Source: a virus
Lineage: Duplodnaviria; Caudoviricetes
DNA: 30,934 nt
Direction: 5' to 3' (one strand)
Virus record (IMG/VR): IMGVR_UViG_3300025270_000050
Location: 1 to 30,934 of that record
The position numbers and the translations under genes were made by a program. Positions within the stretch are counted from its first letter, which is position 1, and each line of letters starts with the position of its first letter. The notes below the pieces were generated by a model, which was not told the DNA's origin, ran no database searches, and worked only from the letters and a program-made list of their open reading frames with translations. Positions 17,829 through 25,370 of the stretch are shown one piece after another.

Positions 17829-20374
17829 TGCCGCAGATCGTGGCCATCGTTGTTGGGATCGTGAAGGGTGTCGCCGCGGTGGTGGGCGCGATCTCCGCCG
17901 GGGTGGCCGCACTCGGCCCGATCGGAGCCGCTCTCTTCAAGCTCGGCGTCGGTCTGGTGATCAGTTCACTTCTTGCCCCGAAGCCGCCACGGGGAGCGCT
18001 TGCCCGGCGCAACTCAACTTTCGCAATTCGCCAGCCATCACCCTCCCGGCGCATTCCCTACGGTGTCACCCGGCTCGGCGGAATCTACTTCTATGCGGAG
18101 ACCACCGCTCCGGCTGGCTCGGATGACCTCACGCTTCTGACCCTCGTCTTCGGCATCGGCGACGGCCCGATCGAAGCGGTCGACAAGATGTACTTCGACT
18201 CCGAGGAAGTCTCCCTTGTCAGCACCGGGACAGATTCGAATGGGCGGGCGCTTTACGGGGCGACCTCCGGCACGACTTGGTTTCCTACCGGCGGAGCCCG
18301 GCTCGTGACCTGCAGTTTCTACACCGGCTCGGCAGGCCAACCAGCAGACGCGACTCTGGTGGCGGCGAGTGATTCGAAGTGGACCGCCACCCACACCCTC
18401 GACGGCATTGCCTATGCGCGAGTCACCCTCGCCTATGATGCGGAGGTCTTCAAACTCGGGGTGCCAAACATTTCCTTCGAGATCCGGGGCCGCAACGACA
18501 TCTACGATCCGCGGACCGCAAGCTCGGGATACTCTGCGAACACCGCCTTGTGCCTCTCCCACTATCTGACCACCGCGAAGACCGGCCCCAACGCAACCTA
18601 CGCCACCGAGATCGACGCCACAGCCTTGACCGCCGCGGCCAATGTCTGCGACGAGAGTGTCTCCCTCGATGCCGGGGGATCGGAGAGCCGCTACACTTCC
18701 AACGGCTTTGTTGATCTTGCCGAGAAGCCGGAGGGAATCATCAATGACTTCAAAACCGCAATGGCGGGATGGATGGTGTACTCGGGCGGGCGGTTCAAGG
18801 TCTACGCGGGAGCCTTCGAGACTCCCACCTTCACGATCGATGCGGATATGCTGGCGGGAGCGGTCACCATCCAGAACCGGACACCGAAGCGGGAGCGATT
18901 CAATCTTGTCAAGGGAGTGTATCAAGCGCCGGAGAACGTCTACCAGCCGACCGACTTTCCCTCGGTCACAAATGCCACCTATCAGACCGAGGACGGCGAG
19001 GAGATCGACCGCGACATGGAGCTCGTCTTCACCACCTCCCCGGCCACCGCTCAACGGATTGCCAAGATCGAGCTAGAGCGAAGCCGCCAGGAACTAGTTG
19101 TCTCACTAATTTGCAACCTTCGCTCCCTCCCGGCGGAAGCGGGAATGACGGTCTACGTCACACTCTCCCGCTATGAGTGGGACGCGAAAGCGTTCTTCGT
19201 TCAATCGAGTTCGATCGGGCTGCTCGACGACGGGACGGTCGGAGTCAGCCTCTCGCTTCGCGAGATCGCTTCCTCAGTCTATTCGTGGACACCCGCCACC
19301 GACGAGAAGGCCGTTGCAACCGCTCCGAGTTTGTCGGTGGGAGCGCCGAAGGTTGACACCATCACCGCCTCCCCGGATGGATCCTCGGCCTTTGGCGACG
19401 AAGACTTCCCCGTGCGCGTCGCGCTGGCGACCGACACCGCCGACGCCGCGATCCGGTGGAGCAAGTCCTTCAGCCCGACGAACAGTAGCGAGGGGAACCC
19501 CTACGACGACTCTCCCGCCGAGCGCCCGCTGCTTTCCGAGGGGGAGACGCTCTACGCCCGGGCCTTCAAGGAAGGCTACCAGGACAGCGACGCGCTGGAA
19601 GAAACCTACACCTCGACCAACAGCGCGAACAGCATCTCGGGAATGCACGGGCGCTTTCGATCCGACGTTGCCTCCACCTTGAATCTCTGGACCACCGGCG
19701 GCGTCGGGTCCTGGTATAATCAGGGCAATCAATACGACGCTGGATCCGGCACCGGCGGGCTCGACATCACGAACTCCAGCCTCTTCACCTATTCACCGCT
19801 CTTCAATCCCTCTAAGCTCGGGATCGACTTTGACGGGAGCAACGATCGGCTCTGGTCGAGAGACGGGACGAGAGGGGCGACGACTTATTTCTTCGGCTAC
19901 CGGATGCCGCCGGTCCCCTGCACCGTCGTGGTCGCCCTGACCAACACCGCGACCGTCACCTACGGGACCCTCTTCTCCTCGGTGCCGAACCCGGTCACCT
20001 CTGACTCGGTTGGGATCTACCGCTATTACGGGAACTGGCTGGCGTGGATGAAGGACGGCTCCTACAAGTACAGCAGCGGAGGCACGCCAGCCACCGCGAG
20101 CACCTTCGAGGTGGTGGCGGGAACCTTCTCGAACACCTCAAGGGGAGTGCGGGTCAACAAGACGAGCGACACTCCGGACACCAACTCGCTCGACGTCGAC
20201 ATCAGCGGACCGATCGGAATCGGGGCCGACGTTCAGAGCGTGACCGACACCTCGCTCGCCTCGGACTTTTGGGCCGGGACCGTGAACGAGGTCATGATCT
20301 TCGATAGCGTGCTATCTGACAGCGACATTGACGATCTGACCGACTACCTGACCGGGAAGTACAATCCCTCATGA
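17828..20374 (+). CDS. Tail tip / host-specificity protein (gpJ-like) with C-terminal Fn3-associated and LamG-like domains
   Basis: RRIPYG..RLGG, IYDPRT..YSANTALCL, AANVCDE, TAQRIAKIELERSR; C-terminal TLYARAFKEGY..SD and DFDGSND...GTVNEVMIFDSVLS. Confidence 0.88.
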   Translation: MPQIVAIVVGIVKGVAAVVGAISAGVAALGPIGAALFKLGVGLVISSLLAPKPPRGALARRNSTFAIRQPSPSRRIPYGVTRLGGIYFYAETTAPAGSDDLTLLTLVFGIGDGPIEAVDKMYFDSEEVSLVSTGTDSNGRALYGATSGTTWFPTGGARLVTCSFYTGSAGQPADATLVAASDSKWTATHTLDGIAYARVTLAYDAEVFKLGVPNISFEIRGRNDIYDPRTASSGYSANTALCLSHYLTTAKTGPNATYATEIDATALTAAANVCDESVSLDAGGSESRYTSNGFVDLAEKPEGIINDFKTAMAGWMVYSGGRFKVYAGAFETPTFTIDADMLAGAVTIQNRTPKRERFNLVKGVYQAPENVYQPTDFPSVTNATYQTEDGEEIDRDMELVFTTSPATAQRIAKIELERSRQELVVSLICNLRSLPAEAGMTVYVTLSRYEWDAKAFFVQSSSIGLLDDGTVGVSLSLREIASSVYSWTPATDEKAVATAPSLSVGAPKVDTITASPDGSSAFGDEDFPVRVALATDTADAAIRWSKSFSPTNSSEGNPYDDSPAERPLLSEGETLYARAFKEGYQDSDALEETYTSTNSANSISGMHGRFRSDVASTLNLWTTGGVGSWYNQGNQYDAGSGTGGLDITNSSLFTYSPLFNPSKLGIDFDGSNDRLWSRDGTRGATTYFFGYRMPPVPCTVVVALTNTATVTYGTLFSSVPNPVTSDSVGIYRYYGNWLAWMKDGSYKYSSGGTPATASTFEVVAGTFSNTSRGVRVNKTSDTPDTNSLDVDISGPIGIGADVQSVTDTSLASDFWAGTVNEVMIFDSVLSDSDIDDLTDYLTGKYNPS

Positions 20375-20529
20375 AGACACTACTGACAACCATAACGGCG
20401 CTCACCCTGGCCGGGTGCGCGAACCTTGAAACAATGACCCCGGAGGAGGCCACCCGCGGAGCCGAAGCGGCTCGGGCATGGCTGGAGGTGGTCGCGGAGG
20501 CGCGGACCATTATCACCGCCGACAAGTGA
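20371..20529 (+). CDS. Small lipoprotein (52 aa; not in ORF track)
   Basis: MKTLLTTITALTLAGC: signal peptide with LAGC lipobox; ATGA overlap with the tail-tip stop. Confidence 0.8.
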   Translation: MKTLLTTITALTLAGCANLETMTPEEATRGAEAARAWLEVVAEARTIITADK

Positions 20530-20531
20530 GC

Positions 20532-20621
20532 ATGAGTAAGGGAGAGAGAATCCTCTGGCTCCTCGTCGCGATCGGCTGGCTGGTTTGTCTCGCCGCCGCC
20601 TTCTGGCAATCGAATCTCTAA
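20532..20621 (+). CDS. 29-aa single-TM peptide (not in ORF track)
   Basis: MSKGERILWLLVAIGWLVCLAAAFWQSNL; fills the gap between the lipoprotein and the holin-like gene. Confidence 0.55.
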   Translation: MSKGERILWLLVAIGWLVCLAAAFWQSNL

Positions 20622-20631
20622 AAACAAAAAT

Positions 20632-20835
20632 ATGAAAACTAGTTGGAAAACCACCGTCGGCGGAATCTTGTGCGCCATCGGGACCGCCATCGTCGGCGCG
20701 AACGTGGCCCTCGATCTCGTCACCCCACCGCTCGTCCTCTGGGTCGGGTATCTCATGTCGGCTCTCGGCCCGGTCCTTCTCGGAGCGAGCGCGAGGGACG
20801 GAGACAAGAGCTCCCAGGACCACGGAATCCGTTGA
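20632..20835 (+). CDS. Holin-like two-TM protein
   Basis: MKTSWKTTVGG, two hydrophobic segments, charged C-terminus; end of the late operon. Confidence 0.6.
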   Translation: MKTSWKTTVGGILCAIGTAIVGANVALDLVTPPLVLWVGYLMSALGPVLLGASARDGDKSSQDHGIR

Positions 20836-20838
20836 GCG

Positions 20839-21090
20839 ATGCCAAGCGAAAGCAACGGCACAATGCCCGGCTGGATTATCAAGCACTGGCCGATCATCGC
20901 ACTCGCGGCGACGGGGCTGGCATGGGGAGCCCGGTTGGAGGAGCGGACGAGCACGCACCTCGCCCGACCGTATCACGACGGGATGCAGTCAAGCCGGGAT
21001 GACCTCATCCAGATCAAGGCCGAGCTCCGGTTTCTTCGCGAGGACATCCTCGAATTGAAGCAAAGCCTCGCGCCCGGCGGCGGCACTTAG
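20839..21090 (+). CDS. Membrane-anchored coiled-coil protein (lysis-associated candidate)
   Basis: N-terminal hydrophobic helix then heptad-like LIQIKAELRFLREDILELKQ; stop overlaps the convergent integrase stop. Confidence 0.6.
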   Translation: MPSESNGTMPGWIIKHWPIIALAATGLAWGARLEERTSTHLARPYHDGMQSSRDDLIQIKAELRFLREDILELKQSLAPGGGT

Positions 21091-22139
21091 AAGGCCACCT
21101 TCGCGGCCTGAGAATCGGAGTGGTGCTCGACGACGTGCGAGTAGACCTTCGAGAGAAGAGCTCCGCCGTCGCGGTGTCCCAGCCAGTTCGCCACGGTCGG
21201 CAAGTCGACCTTGGCTTGAATGCAACGGGTGGCGAAGAGGTGCCGGAGATCGTGGTTCCGGAGATGAGGAAAGCCGAGGCGTTTGCAGGCGTTGCGTAAT
21301 CCAATCGTCGGGCGCTGGATCAGCATGACGGGATCGTTCGGTCCCTTCCCGCCCGGAGAATTCCGAAGCCTCTCAAGGAGCTCGGCCAAGGCCGGGTTGA
21401 TCGGGATCGATCTCGGGGTGTTGTTCTTGGTCGTGAAGTCTTCAGTGATGCGGACCTCGAGATGGCTCTCGGTAACCGCTCCCCACTTGAGATTGCGGGC
21501 TTCTGCTATGCGGAGCCCGCTATAGGCCAGGAGCTCAACCGCGTCGGCGGTGGCGTCATTGAAACGCCAATTCGAGTTTCCTCTGATCTCGGCAACGAGC
21601 TTGGCGAACTCCTCGGGAGCCGGGAGCCACTTGTGAGAGTTGACGATCTTCAGCCTCTTGATCTTGGCGACCGGGGTGGACCGCATGAGTCCCGCCTCGA
21701 CGGCCCGGTCGAAGACTTTATTGAGAAGGGCGATGGTCGTATTGTTGCTGGAGGCGCTGTAGGATTTTGCCGCCGCCACCTGCCAGAGCCGGAGGTCCGC
21801 GGGACTGACTTGGTGCAACGGCTTGCGGAGAACTGCCGGAGGACAGAGCGCCGCGAACTGGCGGGAGCTCACGCCGTAGGAAAGGCGGGTTGATTTTGCG
21901 AGGGTCGGGTCCTCCTCCCCGGCGATCCGCTCGACCGCAGCGGAGAGCGTCTCTGCTGGCCCGGAGGTGGCCGGAGCGTCGCGGAGCTCTTCGAGTGTTA
22001 GCGGGAGGAGGGCGGCGGCTTCGGAGTAGCTCTTGGTATTGAGCGAGCGGGATTTGCGTCTAGACTCCACCCTGACGATTGCGTAATAAATCCCCGTGCG
22101 CTCATCGATGAACAGGTTGGGGAGTTTGGATCTCTTCAT
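21087..22139 (-). CDS. int: Tyrosine integrase
   Basis: Catalytic R (SGLRIAE), K (TKN), HDLRH, LGH, Y (KVYSH); start placed at ATG 22139 behind AAGGAG (the track uses 22193). Confidence 0.96.
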   Translation of the reverse strand: MKRSKLPNLFIDERTGIYYAIVRVESRRKSRSLNTKSYSEAAALLPLTLEELRDAPATSGPAETLSAAVERIAGEEDPTLAKSTRLSYGVSSRQFAALCPPAVLRKPLHQVSPADLRLWQVAAAKSYSASSNNTTIALLNKVFDRAVEAGLMRSTPVAKIKRLKIVNSHKWLPAPEEFAKLVAEIRGNSNWRFNDATADAVELLAYSGLRIAEARNLKWGAVTESHLEVRITEDFTTKNNTPRSIPINPALAELLERLRNSPGGKGPNDPVMLIQRPTIGLRNACKRLGFPHLRNHDLRHLFATRCIQAKVDLPTVANWLGHRDGGALLSKVYSHVVEHHSDSQAAKVAF

Positions 22140-22216
22140 GGCCGAACTCCTTTTCGGCTTTGTCTTCTCTCTGGTCGGGTTGGTTTGTTTCATAGCATTT
22201 CAGATTCGATCGGGGA

Positions 22217-22480
22217 GGAGGCTAGCGCAGGAGGCTAGCACAGCAAAGCAAAAAGGATGGAGGGACGTGCAAACCCTATTAAAATAGGGATCTCGGCAGG
22301 GTAGCTCAGGGGTAGAGCAAAGGACTCATAATTGTTTGGAGCCAAATTGCCGATCCTTTCGAAACGCTTCAAACCCTTGCAGCGAAAGAACAAGAACGCT
22401 TTCGCGTCGTCCTGGCCGTTCAAAAATAAGGGCTGAAAAACGGGGCCTTTGGGGGATAGGAGGCTAGCATGGAGGCTAGC
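22217..22480 (+). repeat. Four GGAGGCTAGC direct repeats in two pairs flanking the att core (candidate integrase arm-type sites)
   Basis: Exact copies at 22217-22226, 22230-22239, 22459-22468 and 22471-22480. Confidence 0.8.
22295..22332 (+). tRNA. 5' half of a CAT-anticodon tRNA (Met elongator or Ile2); fragment, probable attP identity block
   Basis: GGCAGGG TA GCTC AGGGGTA GAGC A AAGGA CT CAT AA T = acceptor 5' strand, D arm, anticodon 5' strand and loop; no T arm (GGTTC) follows; adjacent to the integrase. Confidence 0.88.
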
Positions 22481-22567
22481 GCACGCCCAAGCATACGCTC
22501 AAGCATACGCTCTAGCATACGCTCTAGCATACGCTCTAGCATACGCTCTAGCATACGCTAGCACACG
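22479..22567 (+). repeat. 12-bp tandem repeat (GCATACGCTCTA)n
   Basis: Four perfect units at 22503-22550, degenerate units at 22479, 22491 and 22551, and a partial unit at 22561. Confidence 0.95.
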
Positions 22568-22657
22568 AAGATCCCCACGACCTACGTGGGGACCCTCTCG
22601 ACACGTCCGGGGAACAGGTCGATCAAAGCCGATCAATTCGACACGACCGACCCGGCC

Positions 22658-22918
22658 CTAATCGCACCGCTGCTTTCCCTTCAAGGCCCCTTCCGCTTGC
22701 TCTTGCACTGGTCCGGTCTTCCCGGGCCCAAGCTCAGCGGACCACTGCGCTCCGTGCTCATCGCGGCGCAACGTGATGCAGAATTTCTGCGCGGCGTCGA
22801 TTCTTGCCAAGGTCTCGATGTATTCAGAGAACGTGCGGAACCCGAGTTGAGCCACCCTCTCCAACGCTCGCTTGTGGACCGCGTGGTCGATGCGGATGGT
22901 GGTGGTTCTCTTCTGCAA
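22658..22918 (-). CDS. Ribbon-helix-helix (Arc/CopG-like) regulator, candidate repressor
   Basis: KRTTTIRID strand followed by two helices (..FRTFSEYIETLAR); TTG start with GGAGGAGG RBS; divergent from the early operon. Confidence 0.7.
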   Translation of the reverse strand: MQKRTTTIRIDHAVHKRALERVAQLGFRTFSEYIETLARIDAAQKFCITLRRDEHGAQWSAELGPGKTGPVQEQAEGALKGKQRCD

Positions 22919-22959
22919 AAGTAGTCCCTCCTCCCGCGAGGTTGCGCCGGTGGTAGCCC

Positions 22960-23120
22960 CAAGCTCTCCGGGCTGTAAAGCAGTATTCTGTAAACATATT
23001 TAAGGCATCAATAGTGAATAGGCTGGGAGTAAGAATCTGCACTATTTAATCATTTCCGATTGCGTAACGGCGACATTCTGAATACGCCTGCGGAGCTATG
23101 CGCAAGGTGTGGAATTGGAG
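22960..23120. promoter_or_regulatory. AT-rich divergent promoter/operator region (genetic switch)
   Basis: Clear AT enrichment between the divergent RHH and xis-like genes; ATTCTGWAWAC at 22985 and 23075. Confidence 0.6.
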
Positions 23121-23125
23121 AAGCA

Positions 23126-23359
23126 ATGCCGAGGAGGAAGGTGGCTGTGGACGTTAGCTTTCAAACCCTCTCAGAGCTCAAGGGAGAACCCGCGACGGTC
23201 TCCCTGAGGCGCTTCGCGGAACTCTTCGGCAAGAACTACATCTGGGCCTACCGCCTCGCCAAGAGCGGCAAGCTCAAGATCATCACGGGATACGGTCCGG
23301 TGATGGTGCCGAAGACCGAGGTCCTCAGGATCATCAACGAGGCGAAGTTGAACCGATGA
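23126..23359 (+). CDS. Excisionase-like winged-HTH protein
   Basis: ATG 23126 after GGAG; VSLRRFAELFGKNYIWAYRLAKSGKLK...VMVPKTEVLR. Confidence 0.72.
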   Translation: MPRRKVAVDVSFQTLSELKGEPATVSLRRFAELFGKNYIWAYRLAKSGKLKIITGYGPVMVPKTEVLRIINEAKLNR

Positions 23360-23778
23360 TCGTGCGGACCAAAGTCATTGGCTGGGTCGTCCTGGCGGTC
23401 GCGTTCGCGCTCTGGCCACCGCTCATCGCAAGCTCCTTCGCGTACATGCCGCAACCGCTGGCCTGGCTGTCGGCGATGGCGCATGGCGCAACCTTCATAT
23501 TCGTCGGGCTTCTCGGGGTCTACCTTCTCATGCCCGAGCGGCGACCTTTTGATTCTCCTCTTCCTCCACTACCGGACTGGACGGAGGATGACCTCTTCCG
23601 GCACGCAAGACAGTCGGGGGAGGAAGGGGGGATTGTTTTTTCTCGGAACGAGAGAGGGAATGAAACGAAAGAGACGGGAGGCTCCGAGGGTACAGGGCGG
23701 AGCCTCCCGTCCACCACCTACACGACCGGGGGGACGGAGGAACTGACGGAGGGGAAGAGCGGTGAGCGAGGAGGCTAG
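23356..23778 (+). CDS. Hypothetical two-TM membrane protein
   Basis: ATGA overlap; two hydrophobic helices and a low-complexity tail. Confidence 0.6.
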   Translation: MIVRTKVIGWVVLAVAFALWPPLIASSFAYMPQPLAWLSAMAHGATFIFVGLLGVYLLMPERRPFDSPLPPLPDWTEDDLFRHARQSGEEGGIVFSRNERGNETKETGGSEGTGRSLPSTTYTTGGTEELTEGKSGERGG

Positions 23779-24142
23779 GAGGTTCAGTTTCGCGAAGGCG
23801 TATCCTTCCGACAAGTTGAGCGAGCCCGATCTCCTCGGGGACGACTGGACGGTGACGATCAAGGGGTGGCGCTACGCCGACAAGAACGACATCGGGAGGG
23901 ACGGCAAACCGATGGGGCCGGGAACCGTGCTCGCCTTCGAGGAGACTGAGAAAGAGCTCAAACTTCCCAAGCTCTCGCACGTCGTGATCACCCGGATCCA
24001 TGGGCCGGACCCGAACAAGTGGGTCGGGAAGCAAGTGATCCTTTTTCCCACCACCTGCCCCGCCTTCGGAGATCCGCGGACGCCGTGCATCCGGGTCCGC
24101 AAGATCGACCCCGCAACCGGGAAGCCGCCTGACCTCTTCTGA
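23762..24142 (+). CDS. Phage recombination-module protein (putative ssDNA-binding)
   Basis: WTVTIK..VLAF..L.L...HGPDPNKWVGKQVILF...IRVR pattern; precedes the exonuclease. Confidence 0.55.
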   Translation: MSEEARRFSFAKAYPSDKLSEPDLLGDDWTVTIKGWRYADKNDIGRDGKPMGPGTVLAFEETEKELKLPKLSHVVITRIHGPDPNKWVGKQVILFPTTCPAFGDPRTPCIRVRKIDPATGKPPDLF

Positions 24143-24144
24143 TC

Positions 24145-25029
24145 ATGATCAAAGACGGAATACACAACAAGATCTCGCCGCGTGAATATCACGCATGGGA
24201 ATTCGACCGAACGAAGGGACCGATCTCAACCTCGACGCTGAAGCGATACGTCGAGCAAGGGCCGGAGCGCTTCATCAACGGCGAGAAGAAGAAGGTCAAC
24301 GCAAGCATGGCGTGGGGTTCGCTCGTCGACCTCTTGCTTTTCACGCCGGAGCACTTCGATGGGGAGTTCGTCCTGAGCACTGACTGCGACGATCTCTCCT
24401 CCGACGGATCATTCAGAACCGCCGCGGCCAGGGAGTGGCGGGACGGCGTCCTGGGGGAAGGCCGGCGAATCGTCAAACCGGATGATCTGAGCCGCGGGCT
24501 CGAAGCGGTCAAGAAGCTCTCCGCCACCCCAGCCTCGGCCCGGCTCCTCGAAGGCTCGCAGTATCAGGTCGGGCTTGTCTTCACCAGTGAGCACGGCATC
24601 CCGGCGAAGGGCTTGGTCGACTGCCTCCCGGTCGGCGAAGATTGCATCGTCGATCTGAAGACCACCGGGGCGAACCTGCACGATGACTCCGAGCTTGAAA
24701 GGACGGTCGGGAAATTCCGCTACCATGTTCAAGCCGCCTTTTATCTCTACCTGTGGTCGAAGCTCAGTGACGAGCGGCGGCGGGAGTGGAAGATCATATG
24801 GCAATCCTCGGTCCCTCCCTTCGAGGTCCGAGTGGACAAGCTCGACAACCTGATGCTCGACGCCGGGCAGGAGTTCGTCCGCTACCATGTCCCGCGGATC
24901 GTCCGCGACATCAAGACCGACAGCTGGCGGAGCCCGTTCTCGGAAGGGGAAACAATTCTACGGATGCACAACCCGACCGTCTTCGCGGAGGAGGCTCTCA
25001 TGGAACGATTGACCGAGATGGAACTCTGA
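24145..25029 (+). CDS. PD-(D/E)XK exonuclease (RecE/DUF3799-like)
   Basis: EYHA, ISTSTLK, KGLVD, IVDLKTT, YHVQAAFY. Confidence 0.88.
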   Translation: MIKDGIHNKISPREYHAWEFDRTKGPISTSTLKRYVEQGPERFINGEKKKVNASMAWGSLVDLLLFTPEHFDGEFVLSTDCDDLSSDGSFRTAAAREWRDGVLGEGRRIVKPDDLSRGLEAVKKLSATPASARLLEGSQYQVGLVFTSEHGIPAKGLVDCLPVGEDCIVDLKTTGANLHDDSELERTVGKFRYHVQAAFYLYLWSKLSDERRREWKIIWQSSVPPFEVRVDKLDNLMLDAGQEFVRYHVPRIVRDIKTDSWRSPFSEGETILRMHNPTVFAEEALMERLTEMEL

Positions 25030-25343
25030 TGACCTACGCGAAAAGGACCGACGGCAACCAGAGCGAGATCATTGCAGAGCTCCGGGCCGTGCTCCCCGAG
25101 GCGAGCGTTCACCCGGCCTCCGCCGCGGGCGACGGCTTCCCTGATCTCGCCATCGGGCTCTGGGACGACAACTACTTGGTCGAGCTCAAGGGGCCGGGGG
25201 GAAAGCTCACCAAGGCACAAGAGAGGTGGCACGCTCGGTGGAAGGGCAACCGGGCGGTCTGCAAAACCACGGCGGAGGTCCTTGTGAGCATCCTTCGCCA
25301 ATCCCGAAAGAAATCTGCAGAACCAACGCGGAGGTCCTTGTGA
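25029..25343 (+). CDS. VRR-NUC-like nuclease / Holliday junction resolvase
   Basis: TGATG overlap; YAKRTDGNQSEI, GFPDL, LVELK, KLTKAQERW. Confidence 0.85.
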   Translation: MTYAKRTDGNQSEIIAELRAVLPEASVHPASAAGDGFPDLAIGLWDDNYLVELKGPGGKLTKAQERWHARWKGNRAVCKTTAEVLVSILRQSRKKSAEPTRRSL

Positions 25344-25370
25344 GCATCCTTCGCCAATCCCGAAAGAAAT
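25258..25370 (+). repeat. 56-bp tandem duplication (43-bp perfect core)
   Basis: 25272-25314 is identical to 25328-25370; three mismatches in the first 14 bp of the unit. Confidence 0.95.

Noticed and set aside
20292-20976. Minus-strand ORFs 20292..20954 and 20380..20976
   Set aside because: The + strand is fully tiled by four small coupled genes with clear membrane or lipoprotein signatures
22295-22370. Complete functional tRNA gene
   Set aside because: No T arm, no properly paired 3' anticodon strand and no full 7-bp acceptor stem or CCA
22479-22567. CRISPR array or mini-array
   Set aside because: Units are contiguous 12-mers with no unique spacers, and no cas genes are present
22449-22661. 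ORF with AYAL repeats
   Set aside because: It is simply the translation of the 12-bp tandem repeat and att arm; no evidence it is a gene
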